Below, in pieces: positions 1 to 9,710 of a stretch of 64,000 nt of DNA. How positions within the stretch are numbered: the stretch's first letter is position 1; each line of letters begins with the position of its first letter. The notes below the pieces were generated by a model. That model was given only the letters and a program-made list of their open reading frames with translations. It had not been told where the DNA came from and did not search any database. Source of the stretch: Spirochaetia bacterium (GTDB lineage: Bacteria > Spirochaetota > Spirochaetia > UBA9216); NCBI GenBank assembly GCA_965140585.1, contig OZ223269.1, positions 288,001-352,000 on the forward strand, written 5' to 3'. Made by a program: the position numbers and the translations under genes.

Positions 1-637
1 TATCCGTGTTCTTATTATTACCGGAAGCCCCAAGGTGTTCGTTGCCGGAGCTGATGTTACCGAACTTCTTGAGGCCGATGCCCAGGCAGCCTACAATAAC
101 TGTTCACTTGCACACAGCAACTTTACAACAATTGAAAATCTTTCAATTCCTGTAATCGCCGCAATAAACGGTCCTACGCTCGGCGGCGGATGTGAGCTTG
201 CACTCAGCTGTGATTTCAGAATTGCCGGTGAAGGCGCTTTTTTCGGACTGCCGGAAATTACTCTCGGAATTATTCCGGGCGCAGGCGGAACTCAAAGACT
301 TGCTCAGCTTATCGGTGCATCAAGGGCTAAAGAGCTTATCTTTACAGGAAAAACTGTTAAGGCTCCCAAGGCTCTTGAAATCGGACTGATCACTAAAATG
401 GTTGAAGACGACAAGGTTCTTGAGACAGCTAAGGAATATGCGGCAATGCTCTGCAAGTCTCCTAAATACGCTCTTGGTCTTGCGAAGGAGGCTGTTAATT
501 TCGGCGCCAACTATAATCTGGATACCGGTCGTAAGTATGAACAGCATAAGTTTGCGCTTGCATTTACAAGTCCTGATCAGAAGGAAGGTATGACTGCCTT
601 CGTAGAGAAAAGAAAGCCAAAATTTACCAATAAATAA
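1..637 (+). CDS. Enoyl-CoA hydratase (crotonase family), 5' end outside window
   Basis: Frame open from the window edge (IRVLIITGSPKVFVAGAD); AGAD oxyanion motif; both catalytic Glu motifs present (GGGCELALSCD, GLPEITLGIIPGAGGTQRL); C-terminal AFVEKRKPKF. Confidence 0.93.
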   Translation, partial: IRVLIITGSPKVFVAGADVTELLEADAQAAYNNCSLAHSNFTTIENLSIPVIAAINGPTLGGGCELALSCDFRIAGEGAFFGLPEITLGIIPGAGGTQRLAQLIGASRAKELIFTGKTVKAPKALEIGLITKMVEDDKVLETAKEYAAMLCKSPKYALGLAKEAVNFGANYNLDTGRKYEQHKFALAFTSPDQKEGMTAFVEKRKPKFTNK

Positions 638-646
638 ATCCGGAAT

Positions 647-1429
647 GTGAAATTGAACGTAAAGCAGTTGTTTGATTTAAGCGGTAAAAACGCTGTTATA
701 ACCGGCGGTTCGGTAGGGCTCGGAGCACAAATGGCCGAGGGGCTTGCGGAGGCCGGTGCAAATGTTGTTATTGCCGCCAGAAAAGTAGAACGATGTATTG
801 AGCTCTGTAAAAAGTTTACAGGCCTCGGCGTAAAAGCCGTGCCCGTTGCCTGTGATGTCAGCAGTGAAACCGATTGCAAGAATCTTGTTGATACGACAAT
901 CAGAGAACTCGGCAGCATTGATATTCTTGTAAACAATGCGGGAATCAGCTGGGTAACAGATTCACTTGATTTTCCAATGGACAAGTTTCAGAAAGTAATG
1001 AGTTTGAATGTCAACGGAACTTTTCAGCTGTCGGCAATTGCTGCACGTGAAATGAAAAAAAAGGGGAGCGGTAAAATTATAAATATCGCTTCAATCGGGG
1101 GCTTGGGCGGAGATATTCCGGAGAGCGTCGATTCAGTCCCATATACAGCAAGCAAGGGCGCGGTAATTAATATGACCCGTGACCTTGCAGTTAAATGGGC
1201 ACGTTACGGAATTACCGTGAATGCTATCTGTCCCGGCTGGTTCCCAACAAGTCTCAATGACAAGCTACTTGAATCAAAAGCTGAAATGCTGATTCCAAAA
1301 ATTCCACTTAACAGATACGGAACGGATGATGATTTAAAAGGTGCTGCGGTTTTTCTTGCTTCTGATGCATCAAAGTATATGACAGGACAGTACGTCGTTA
1401 TAGACGGCGGACAGACAGCCTGGGTTTAG
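647..1429 (+). CDS. Short-chain dehydrogenase/reductase (gluconate 5-dehydrogenase-like)
   Basis: TGGSVGLG Rossmann motif, NNAG, catalytic YTASK, VNAICPG, DGG C-terminus. Confidence 0.9.
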   Translation: MKLNVKQLFDLSGKNAVITGGSVGLGAQMAEGLAEAGANVVIAARKVERCIELCKKFTGLGVKAVPVACDVSSETDCKNLVDTTIRELGSIDILVNNAGISWVTDSLDFPMDKFQKVMSLNVNGTFQLSAIAAREMKKKGSGKIINIASIGGLGGDIPESVDSVPYTASKGAVINMTRDLAVKWARYGITVNAICPGWFPTSLNDKLLESKAEMLIPKIPLNRYGTDDDLKGAAVFLASDASKYMTGQYVVIDGGQTAWV

Positions 1430-1439
1430 GAGCAGCAGA

Positions 1440-2282
1440 GTGGCAGTAGAAAAATTAGGTATTTGCGGTGCTGGAAAGATGGGCAGCGGCATAGCGGTAA
1501 CTGCTGCCCTTTCCGGATATCCGGTGATGCTTGAAGACATCTCGGATGAAAGTCTTGAGAAAGCAATGTTCCATATAAGAGCTCAGCTTGACAAGATGTC
1601 TGCAAAAGATAAAATTTCCAAAACAGAAGCTGATGCCGCATTTAATCTGATCAGCTGTACAAGCAGCTACGAAGGCTATGAAGATGTTGATTTTGTCATA
1701 GAAGTCGTAGCCGAAAATCTTGATATAAAAAATTCAGTTTTTAAAAAATTAGACGAAATATGCAAGGAATCAGTTGTTCTTGCATCGAGTACTTCCACTT
1801 ATTCAATCACCTCAATAGCAGCCGCCACTAAAAGACCTGAATCCGTCTGCGGTATGCATTTTTTTCTTCCTCCTTCAAAGCTAATAGAAATAACAAAAGG
1901 ATACTATACAAGTCCTGCTTCTATGGCTGTCTGCCGTGAAGTTGCAGAAAGAATGGGGAAGCTCTGCGTTGATGTTGAAAAGGATTCTCCCGGATTTATC
2001 GCAAATAGAATATACACTCCGCTTTTTATTGAAGCATTTAAAGCTTATGAAGAAGGGCTGGCATCAATAGAAGATATAGATAAGGCGATGACTACAACCT
2101 ATCTTCCTGTCGGCCCCTTTGCTTTGGCTGATATTATCGGACTTGATATTATCTTAAGCGGACTTGAATACTATGAAAAAGAAATCGGACAGCAATGGAA
2201 AGCTCCGCGCTCTCTCAAAGAACTGGTGAAGGCCGGAAGGCTCGGTAAGAAGACGGGGAAGGGCTGGTTCGATTACACATAA
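1440..2282 (+). CDS. 3-hydroxyacyl-CoA dehydrogenase family protein (paralog 1, divergent active-site loop)
   Basis: GAGKMGSGIA, EVVAENLDIK, GMHFF, PGFIANR, GRLGKKTGKGWFDY; GTG start after AGGAG. Confidence 0.9.
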   Translation: MAVEKLGICGAGKMGSGIAVTAALSGYPVMLEDISDESLEKAMFHIRAQLDKMSAKDKISKTEADAAFNLISCTSSYEGYEDVDFVIEVVAENLDIKNSVFKKLDEICKESVVLASSTSTYSITSIAAATKRPESVCGMHFFLPPSKLIEITKGYYTSPASMAVCREVAERMGKLCVDVEKDSPGFIANRIYTPLFIEAFKAYEEGLASIEDIDKAMTTTYLPVGPFALADIIGLDIILSGLEYYEKEIGQQWKAPRSLKELVKAGRLGKKTGKGWFDYT

Positions 2283-2312
2283 AATATTTCGTAATTTTTT
2301 GGAGGAAATACG

Positions 2313-3164
2313 ATGGAAATTAAAACAATCGGTGTTCTTGGCGCCGGACAGATGGGCGCAGGGATTGCCCAGATAGCCGCTTCGAAGGGTTATTCGGTAA
2401 TCCTCAGAGATATAAAGCAGGAGTTCTGCGACAAGGCAATTGCTAAAATGCAGGCAGGTCTTGATAAAAGAGTTGCTGCCGGAAAGGCAAAGGCAGAAGA
2501 TGTTGCTGCAACTATGGCAAACATCTCAACCACGGAAAACATGGCTGATCTTAAAGACTGTGACATGGTCATCGAAGCAGCTGTTGAAATACTTGATATC
2601 AAAAAAAGCATATTTAAGGAACTGGGCGAAATATGCCGTCCTGATGCCATTATGTGTACAAATACTTCATCAATGTCAATTTCAGACATTATGTCTGATA
2701 TGAAGAACCCGGAAAGAGGTGCCGGTATGCACTTTTTCTTTCCGGTAACAGCTATGAAGCTGGTTGAGATTATTCGCGGCGACAAGACCTCTGATGCAAC
2801 AGTTTCAGCCGTTAAGGAAGTAGGTACAGGCATGGGGAAAAGCCCGGTTGAGTGTAAGACCGACACCCCGGGTTTTATTGTAAACAGATGTCTTTTTGCT
2901 TTTATGCTTGAGGCTATCCACTGCTATGAAGACGGCGTAGCTTCCATTGAAGATATCGATACAGCAATTAAAATGGGACTTAACCATCCTCTGGGCCCCT
3001 TCGAAATGATGGACCTTTCTGGTCTGGATACATTTCCTCATGTATGCGAAACAATGGAGGCGCTTCCTGTGACCGGTTGGGCAACTCCGGAATCAGTAAA
3101 GAAACTTGTTTCTGAAGGTAAGTTCGGAAGAAAGTCGGGTGAAGGCTGGCATAATTATAAATGA
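2313..3164 (+). CDS. hbd: 3-hydroxybutyryl-CoA dehydrogenase-like (paralog 2)
   Basis: GAGQMGAGIA, EAAVE, TNTSS, GMHFF..KLVE His-Glu dyad, PGFIVNR, GRKSGEGW; GGAGG RBS. Confidence 0.88.
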   Translation: MEIKTIGVLGAGQMGAGIAQIAASKGYSVILRDIKQEFCDKAIAKMQAGLDKRVAAGKAKAEDVAATMANISTTENMADLKDCDMVIEAAVEILDIKKSIFKELGEICRPDAIMCTNTSSMSISDIMSDMKNPERGAGMHFFFPVTAMKLVEIIRGDKTSDATVSAVKEVGTGMGKSPVECKTDTPGFIVNRCLFAFMLEAIHCYEDGVASIEDIDTAIKMGLNHPLGPFEMMDLSGLDTFPHVCETMEALPVTGWATPESVKKLVSEGKFGRKSGEGWHNYK

Positions 3165-3238
3165 ATTATGTAATGACTATTATATGATTTATTGCTACTA
3201 TTTTCACAACAATTTATTTTATAAAACAGGTGAAGAAT

Positions 3239-4420
3239 ATGAAAGACGTTTATTTAGTTGACGGCGGAAGAACTGCTGTCGGTTCCTTTGGAGGAACACT
3301 TTCCGCGGTAAATCCAGGAGACCTTGGTGCCGCTGTTATTAAGACTCTACTTGAAAGGCAGGGTATAGAGCCTTCGGATGTTGATGAAGTACAGTTCGGC
3401 TGTGTTCTTCAGGGAGCACTCGGTCAGAACATTTCAAGACAGGTTTCTATTAAAGCCGGAATTCCCGTTGAAAAAACAGCAATTACACTTAACATGGTCT
3501 GTGGTTCAGGCCTTAGAACAATAATGACTGCAGCTCAGAGCATTAAGTGCGGAGATGCGGATCTTATAGTTGCCGGTGGCACAGAGAATATGTCTATGTC
3601 TCCTTATGCTCTTACCAAAGCAAGATACGGTTACCGCATGGGTAACAGTCCTATGATTGACACAATGGTTAATGACGGGCTTTGGGATGCATTCAATGAT
3701 TACCACATGGGAATCACTGCTGAAAATCTTGCAGAAAAGTTTGACCTTTCAAGAGAGGCTCAGGACGCATTTGCTGCCGCTTCACAGAACAAGGCTGAGG
3801 CTGCAAGAAAGGCAGGAAAGTTCAAGGACGAAATTATCCCCTACATGATTCCTCAGAGAAAGGGAGATCCTGTTGTTTTTGATACTGATGAGTTTATCAG
3901 AGAGGGCGTCACTGCAGAATCTCTTGGAAAGCTTAAACCTGCATTCAAGAAAGACGGTACTGTTACAGCCGGGAACGCTTCAGGTGTTAATGATGGTGCT
4001 GCCGCCTTCCTTGTTGCTTCAGGTGAATATGTTAAAGATAAGAATCTTAAACCACTTGCCAAGGTTGTTTCCTACGGTGTTGCAGGTGTTGATCCTTCTA
4101 TAATGGGTTATGGCCCTGTAGAAGCTGTAAAAAAAGCTCTGGATAAAGCTGGCTGGAGCATTTCAGATCTTGAACTTGTTGAAGCAAATGAAGCCTTTGC
4201 TGCACAGGCAATGTCTGTAAACAAGGCACTCGGCTGGGATGAGTCAATAGTTAATGTTAACGGCGGAGCTATTGCAATAGGTCATCCGATTGGCGCAAGT
4301 GGTACAAGAATCCTTGTTACTCTCGTTCATGAAATGAAAAAGAGAGGTCTTAAGAAGGGACTTGCCACACTCTGTATCGGCGGCGGTATGGGTGCTGCAC
4401 TCTGTATCGAAATGGTATAA
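3239..4420 (+). CDS. thlA: Acetyl-CoA C-acetyltransferase (thiolase)
   Basis: [20 protein letters not shown] and LCIGGG motifs; ATG at 3239 preferred over GTG 3230 because AGGTGA lies 5 nt upstream. Confidence 0.95.
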   Translation: MKDVYLVDGGRTAVGSFGGTLSAVNPGDLGAAVIKTLLERQGIEPSDVDEVQFGCVLQGALGQNISRQVSIKAGIPVEKTAITLNMVCGSGLRTIMTAAQSIKCGDADLIVAGGTENMSMSPYALTKARYGYRMGNSPMIDTMVNDGLWDAFNDYHMGITAENLAEKFDLSREAQDAFAAASQNKAEAARKAGKFKDEIIPYMIPQRKGDPVVFDTDEFIREGVTAESLGKLKPAFKKDGTVTAGNASGVNDGAAAFLVASGEYVKDKNLKPLAKVVSYGVAGVDPSIMGYGPVEAVKKALDKAGWSISDLELVEANEAFAAQAMSVNKALGWDESIVNVNGGAIAIGHPIGASGTRILVTLVHEMKKRGLKKGLATLCIGGGMGAALCIEMV

Positions 4421-4432
4421 GGATAGTATATA

Positions 4433-5110
4433 ATGGTAGAAAAAGAAATTTTAACAGCTGAAGAAGCTGTTAAAAAGATTTCCGACGGTGATATTGTAAT
4501 GTCCGGCGGATTCATGGGCTGCGGAGCTGCGCCTAAACTTTTAAAAGCTTTGAAAGATAGCGGCAAAAAAGACATGACTCTTATTTCAACCGACTGCGGA
4601 TGGGATAATGAGAAAATGGGTAAGCAGAACGGTGTTTATGCAAATATTCGCGACAAGCAGTTCAAAAAAGTAATTGCGTCGCATATCGGTCTTAATCAGG
4701 AAATCCAGCGTCAGATGATTGCTGAAGAGACTGAAGTTGAGCTTGTTCCTCAGGGAACACTGGCCGAGAAGATTCGCGCAGGCGGATGCGGTCTCGGCGG
4801 ATTCCTCACACCCACAGGTGTAGGTACTGAAGTTGAAATCGGTAAAACAGTTATTGAAGAGGATGGAACCAAGTATATTCTTGAGAAACCTTTGAAAGGC
4901 AATGTTGCACTTATCAAGGCAGCAAAGGCAGATAAGGCCGGCAATGTTGTATATTCTAAATCTGCAAGAAATTTTAACCCCATGATGGCAACTGCATGTG
5001 AAATCGTTATTGTTGAGGCTGATGAGATTGTTGAAATAGGTGAGCTTGATCCTGAAACTATCATTACCCCCGCAGTTTTCGTTAATTTTCTGGTACAGGG
5101 GGATAAGTGA
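4433..5110 (+). CDS. atoD: Family I CoA transferase subunit A (acetoacetate/butyrate:acetate CoA-transferase type)
   Basis: DGD.VM.GGF, SHIG.N, PQGTLAEKIRAGG.GLGG, ARNFNPMMA. Confidence 0.92.
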   Translation: MVEKEILTAEEAVKKISDGDIVMSGGFMGCGAAPKLLKALKDSGKKDMTLISTDCGWDNEKMGKQNGVYANIRDKQFKKVIASHIGLNQEIQRQMIAEETEVELVPQGTLAEKIRAGGCGLGGFLTPTGVGTEVEIGKTVIEEDGTKYILEKPLKGNVALIKAAKADKAGNVVYSKSARNFNPMMATACEIVIVEADEIVEIGELDPETIITPAVFVNFLVQGDK

Positions 5111-5775
5111 TGGAGTATAAGCCAAATAAAGAAATAATTGCAAAAAGAATTGCACAGTTTTTTAACAACGGTGATGTCGTAAACCTCGGAATCGGTCTTC
5201 CTACTCTTGTCGGTAATTATATTCCTGAGGATGTGAAGATTACCCTTCAGTCTGAAAACGGCTTTCTCGGTCTCGGGCCAGTACCTGCAGAAGGGGAAGA
5301 AGATCTGAATCTTGTTAATGCAGGCGGCATGCCTGTAACGCTGCTTGACGGCGGCTGTTACTTTGATTCAGCTACCTCCTTTGGAATAATCAGGGGAGGC
5401 CATGTTGATTATACAGTTCTTGGTGTTCTTCAGGTTGACCAGAACGGAAACCTTGCCAACTATAAAATTCCCGGAAAAATGGTTCCCGGTATGGGCGGTG
5501 CCATGGACCTTGTTGTTGGTGCACGGACTGTTATCTGTGCCGGTGTACACTTTGAAAAAAGCGGAACATCAAAGCTCCTTAAAGAGTGTACACTTCCTCT
5601 GACAGCTGTAAACCAGGTAGACTACCTTGTTACAGATGTCGGAGTTTTCAAAATTGAGGACGGAAAATTCATAATGAAAGAAGTTTTTGCTCCCTATACC
5701 GCAGAGTTTGTTCTTGAATCAACTGAAGCTGATGTCGTAAAAGCTGATGATTTTAAGATTGTAAATATCGACTGA
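5107..5775 (+). CDS. atoA: Family I CoA transferase subunit B
   Basis: VNLGIGLPT, catalytic SENG, IRGGH, GMGGAMDL; overlaps subunit A stop. Confidence 0.92.
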   Translation: MMEYKPNKEIIAKRIAQFFNNGDVVNLGIGLPTLVGNYIPEDVKITLQSENGFLGLGPVPAEGEEDLNLVNAGGMPVTLLDGGCYFDSATSFGIIRGGHVDYTVLGVLQVDQNGNLANYKIPGKMVPGMGGAMDLVVGARTVICAGVHFEKSGTSKLLKECTLPLTAVNQVDYLVTDVGVFKIEDGKFIMKEVFAPYTAEFVLESTEADVVKADDFKIVNID

Positions 5776-5789
5776 TTACTGCATAATAG

Positions 5790-5820
5790 ATACCGGACTG
5801 TTTCAGTCCGGTATTTTTTT
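5790..5820 (+). terminator. Rho-independent terminator of the acyl-CoA operon
   Basis: ATACCGGACTG-TTT-CAGTCCGGTAT perfect stem followed by a T run. Confidence 0.9.
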
Positions 5821-5934
5821 ATATTTCATTTGTTATGCAGGTTTTATTCCATTGAAGTTATTAAAATAATTTGTTAATACCTCATTCTGGATTATAATAA
5901 ATACTGCAGATTGTACTAAGGAGTTTTATCCAGT

Positions 5935-7485
5935 TTGCTGAAAATTGATTCAATAAAAAAAAGCAGAATACTATATACAGTCGGATTGTTACTTTACTTT
6001 ATGTGCTTTGTCCTCGTCTCTCTGATCGCTTTCAAGTCTTTCAGTGTCTCTGTTTTTCTGATTCTGTCGGTGGTGCAGGCTGCTGTCTTTACAGGACTTT
6101 TGATGTTCTTTTTCCGGCAGTCTATCAAATATCAAAATTCAAGAATCATTATGCGCAGGCTGATAAATAAACTCGGTGCGCGATCGATTCAGATAGAAGG
6201 AATTGAGCACCTTGGTCAGACTCTTGAAGAATCACTTGAAGAACTTGACAGCCATGCTGCAAGACTCAACCTTATAGATAGGGATGTACATTTTATTAGG
6301 TTGTTTAAAGGCATGGATCTCGATTTAAGCCTCGTATTAAAAAAACTTGAAGAATATGATGTCTTTTTTCCGGAAACAGGTTTCCTGCTTGTAGGTTTTG
6401 ATGTACACAAAGAGGAAAAACTTATTGATTATGAAGTTCGAACTGAAATAATAAGAAAAAGTTTAAAAGATAATCTTCCTGCTGAATTGACCGGATATGT
6501 GCTTGATTTAGAAGATATAAATATAGCTGTTTTCAACTTACCATTCAGTTCCAGTAAAAGTGAGGCTGATAGAATTAAGGATATCGCTGAGAATTTCGCC
6601 AATAAAGTATTTCGGTTTATGGAAGAAAAATACGGTGTATATCTTTCTGCTGTGATAAGTGAACTTCATGACGGCTATAATGATCTGCCGCTGATCTATA
6701 AAGAGGTGTACGGATCCTTTGAGTATAAATATATCACCGGTAATGATTCACGAATAATTCGATATACTGATTATTACGTCAGCCACGACAGCTGGTTTAA
6801 ATTCGGTGCCACCTATCATAAATTTGATGAAGTTCGAAGATTGATCACCAGCATTCAGGTTGGCGACTTCGAAAACGCGAAAACGTTAATTACAGAGCTA
6901 ATGACAAACGATTATTCACGTGAATATCCTTCTCTTCTGCTCGCACGCTGCAGACTTTACGGAGTGATTGACGCAGCTATAAATGCTATGGGACTTATCA
7001 AGGAAGATGTTGACGAAGATTTTATGAGGGAACTGGATCCTACCACCAGGATTGTTACATGCGGGACTTTCGATGAACTGCATGATCAGCTCATAATGAT
7101 TTTTGACGCTATTATTGAGTATTTTTCAAACAAGAATAAGGAACTGCCTCCTTCGTGGTTTGAGAACACTTTGTCCTACATTGATAAGCATTACAATGAT
7201 CCAGATATAAATGTTACTGCTATTGCCAACCATTTTGAAATTAACTCAGCTTATTACGCAAGAGTATTCAAAAAATATACCGGAATCTCTCCGCTTGATT
7301 ATATACACAAACTTAGAATGAAGAGTGCCAAGAAACTTATGGCGAAGGGTATCAGCGTAAAGGACGCAGCCAGTATCGTAGGATACTGTAATCCGCTTAC
7401 CATGAGCCGGGCTTTTAAACGCTATGAAGGTATTACACCAGGTAATTATTTAAAAAACTCCGGAAGACCCTCAGGAAGTTACTGA
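5935..7485 (+). CDS. Membrane-anchored AraC-family transcriptional regulator
   Basis: Two N-terminal hydrophobic helices, central GGDEF-like/PucR-type region, C-terminal AraC HTH (YYARVFKKYTGISP...VGY...RAFKRYEGITPG). Confidence 0.85.
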   Translation: MLKIDSIKKSRILYTVGLLLYFMCFVLVSLIAFKSFSVSVFLILSVVQAAVFTGLLMFFFRQSIKYQNSRIIMRRLINKLGARSIQIEGIEHLGQTLEESLEELDSHAARLNLIDRDVHFIRLFKGMDLDLSLVLKKLEEYDVFFPETGFLLVGFDVHKEEKLIDYEVRTEIIRKSLKDNLPAELTGYVLDLEDINIAVFNLPFSSSKSEADRIKDIAENFANKVFRFMEEKYGVYLSAVISELHDGYNDLPLIYKEVYGSFEYKYITGNDSRIIRYTDYYVSHDSWFKFGATYHKFDEVRRLITSIQVGDFENAKTLITELMTNDYSREYPSLLLARCRLYGVIDAAINAMGLIKEDVDEDFMRELDPTTRIVTCGTFDELHDQLIMIFDAIIEYFSNKNKELPPSWFENTLSYIDKHYNDPDINVTAIANHFEINSAYYARVFKKYTGISPLDYIHKLRMKSAKKLMAKGISVKDAASIVGYCNPLTMSRAFKRYEGITPGNYLKNSGRPSGSY

Positions 7486-7490
7486 TATTT

Positions 7491-9710
7491 TCATTCAGTC
7501 TTTTTATAAACTTTACAAATCTGAGATTTAAACGGGTATCCCAGCCCTGAACGGCCTGTCCAGCCTTTAGGAAGCAGCAGGTTTATATTAGCTTCCCAGA
7601 CACCGAAGAGTTCCGGCTCAGAAGCTGTTTTTTCTGGAAACCACCAACCGTGTTGTGCATGTACAACTTTCGGATGGATCCCTTCAGTCAGTTTTGCTTT
7701 CTGTATACATTTTCCATGAGCATTTTCAATATATACAGAATCGCCATTTGTGATTCCAAGATTTACCGCAGTATCTGGATGTATTTCCAGAAGCGGGTCT
7801 GGGTTCATTTTTCTGAGGCTTTTTATCTGTCTCTGTTCAGAGTGGAAAAATGCTTTTGTTTTACCGCCGGTGGTAAGAATTAGGGGATACTGTGTAAAAA
7901 GATCCGGAGTGCTTACAGGACTTTCCGGAGGCTCCTCATAATATGGAACAGGAGACAGTCCCCACTGCCTGAAAAGACTGGATGAAAGTTCCACCTTTCC
8001 TGAGGGGGTGTTAAATCCGGGTCTACCGTCAGGCCTTAATAGACCTTTTTCATATCTTCTGTATGAAAAACTATCATAAGCCCATCCCTTATCTCTCAGC
8101 TCTGCAAAAGTGAAGCCGGTTCTTTCGAGCATGTAATCAAACATCTCAATAGTATTCTCCCACGGCCAGTCTGATGGATTTAATTTCTTTCCAAGTTCGA
8201 GGATTATCTGCGCGTCCGGCCGGCACTCTCCCGGAGGTTCGATAGCTTTATTTATTGTTGCAAGATAGTTGGCCCCGTCAGTAACAGCAATTCCATCTTT
8301 TTCAGGATAAGCCGCCGCAGGTAAGACAATGTCGGCAAAAGCCATTGCCGTGGGCGTCATAAAAACATCGACAACAATGGTAAAATCGAGGTTTTTAAAC
8401 GCCTCATAGGTTCTTTTAGAGTCTCCGGATCCGCAGACGAAGGTGTTTGTTCCCTGTATCCATGCTGCTTTTATAGGGTAGGGCTCAGCACTGAGCATCT
8501 GCTCAAGAACTTCATCACCCTTGTAAAGATTTATTGCCTGAAGAAATGGATGTCCGTCAATTCCAAAGGCCTTGGCCCTCTGTGAAGGCGGCAGCTCAAC
8601 ATCATTCCAGCGGAACATTGCATCAAACTCAAAATTTCTGCCTGTAAAAACATTTCCGCCCGGAGTATCTAGGTTCCCTGTTATAGCCTTAAGAGCCAGA
8701 ATTGCATGAATAGCAGGAATACATTCTTTTGACTGATCAACAGCAACTCCCCATAAAATTAGTCCGGGAGAAGCCCGGGCATAATCACGGGCTGCTTCAA
8801 TTATTATCTGAGCTGGAATCCAGGTTATTTCCGAGGTTTTATTGGGTGTATATTCCGTAACTGCAATTTTAAGTTCATCAAAACCGAGGGTCCAGTTTTC
8901 AACAAAATCGGCATCATAGAGTTTTTCTTTGATGATAATATGAAGAAATCCCATAGCCAGTGCACCGTCGGTTCCGGGGCGCAGCTGCAGCCAGCTGTCC
9001 GCTTTTGATGCTGTGACAGTTTTTCTTGGATCAATAACTATCATCCTGCTTCCCATCTGCAGACATCTGCTTATCCAGCCGCCAAGGAATCCGTCCGAAT
9101 TGGACTGGGCCGGGGATTTCCCCCAGATAATGATAGTTTCTGGCTGTTTCCACTCAGGATTATCCCAACGATCCTCAAAATATTGGGAACAGTCTGCTAC
9201 CGGAAATCCTCCGCAGGTGAACATAGAGGCGGCTATTCGGGGCACAAAGCAGGCATGGCCCAGCAGGGGGCCGAAGGAGAGTGAATGGGGGCTTCCAAAG
9301 GCTGTAGCCATTCTGTTCATGTAGGAAGCGATGTCTCTTTGCGTTCCTGTGCAGAAAATGACCGATTCCGCTCCGAAATCGGTTTTATATGAATTTAATT
9401 TATCTGCAATTTTAGTGTAGGCTTCTTCCCAGCTTATCTGTTCCCAGCGATCCTCTCCTTTTTTACCTGCTCTTTTAAGAGGGTGGAGAAGTCTGTCCGG
9501 ATGGTAAATCACCTCGGGTAATACGGAACATCTGGGACATATCTTTCCTTCGCTGAAAGGGAATTCAGGATTGCCTCTGACTTTTTCAAGTTTGCCGTCT
9601 TTTGTATAAAGCAATACGCCGCAGCCCTGATGGCAGCCGGGTGCTGTTCTTGCCGTACTTCGTACTATTCTGTAGCCGTTTTCGTGTTTAATCCAGCTGT
9701 TATCATTCAA
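7491..9710 (-). CDS. Cytoplasmic Mo/W-bisPGD oxidoreductase (DMSO reductase superfamily; acetylene hydratase/catechol dehydroxylase-like branch)
   Basis: GCHQGC...CPRC Fe-S motif, DRLLHPLKR, WEQISWEEA, GHACFVPR putative metal-ligand Cys, LRPGTD, FMTPTAMAFADIVLP, TPSGKVEL, C-terminal molydop-binding domain; no Tat signal. Confidence 0.9.
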   Translation of the reverse strand: MNDNSWIKHENGYRIVRSTARTAPGCHQGCGVLLYTKDGKLEKVRGNPEFPFSEGKICPRCSVLPEVIYHPDRLLHPLKRAGKKGEDRWEQISWEEAYTKIADKLNSYKTDFGAESVIFCTGTQRDIASYMNRMATAFGSPHSLSFGPLLGHACFVPRIAASMFTCGGFPVADCSQYFEDRWDNPEWKQPETIIIWGKSPAQSNSDGFLGGWISRCLQMGSRMIVIDPRKTVTASKADSWLQLRPGTDGALAMGFLHIIIKEKLYDADFVENWTLGFDELKIAVTEYTPNKTSEITWIPAQIIIEAARDYARASPGLILWGVAVDQSKECIPAIHAILALKAITGNLDTPGGNVFTGRNFEFDAMFRWNDVELPPSQRAKAFGIDGHPFLQAINLYKGDEVLEQMLSAEPYPIKAAWIQGTNTFVCGSGDSKRTYEAFKNLDFTIVVDVFMTPTAMAFADIVLPAAAYPEKDGIAVTDGANYLATINKAIEPPGECRPDAQIILELGKKLNPSDWPWENTIEMFDYMLERTGFTFAELRDKGWAYDSFSYRRYEKGLLRPDGRPGFNTPSGKVELSSSLFRQWGLSPVPYYEEPPESPVSTPDLFTQYPLILTTGGKTKAFFHSEQRQIKSLRKMNPDPLLEIHPDTAVNLGITNGDSVYIENAHGKCIQKAKLTEGIHPKVVHAQHGWWFPEKTASEPELFGVWEANINLLLPKGWTGRSGLGYPFKSQICKVYKKTE

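Noticed and set aside
1-5775. Standard butyrate-synthesis operon
   Set aside because: No bcd/etfAB in view, and the SDR plus two atypical hbd paralogs suggest a specialised route; cannot be excluded because the operon starts outside the window.
7491-9710. Formate dehydrogenase or selenoprotein
   Set aside because: No C/U-H active-site motif and no in-frame TGA.
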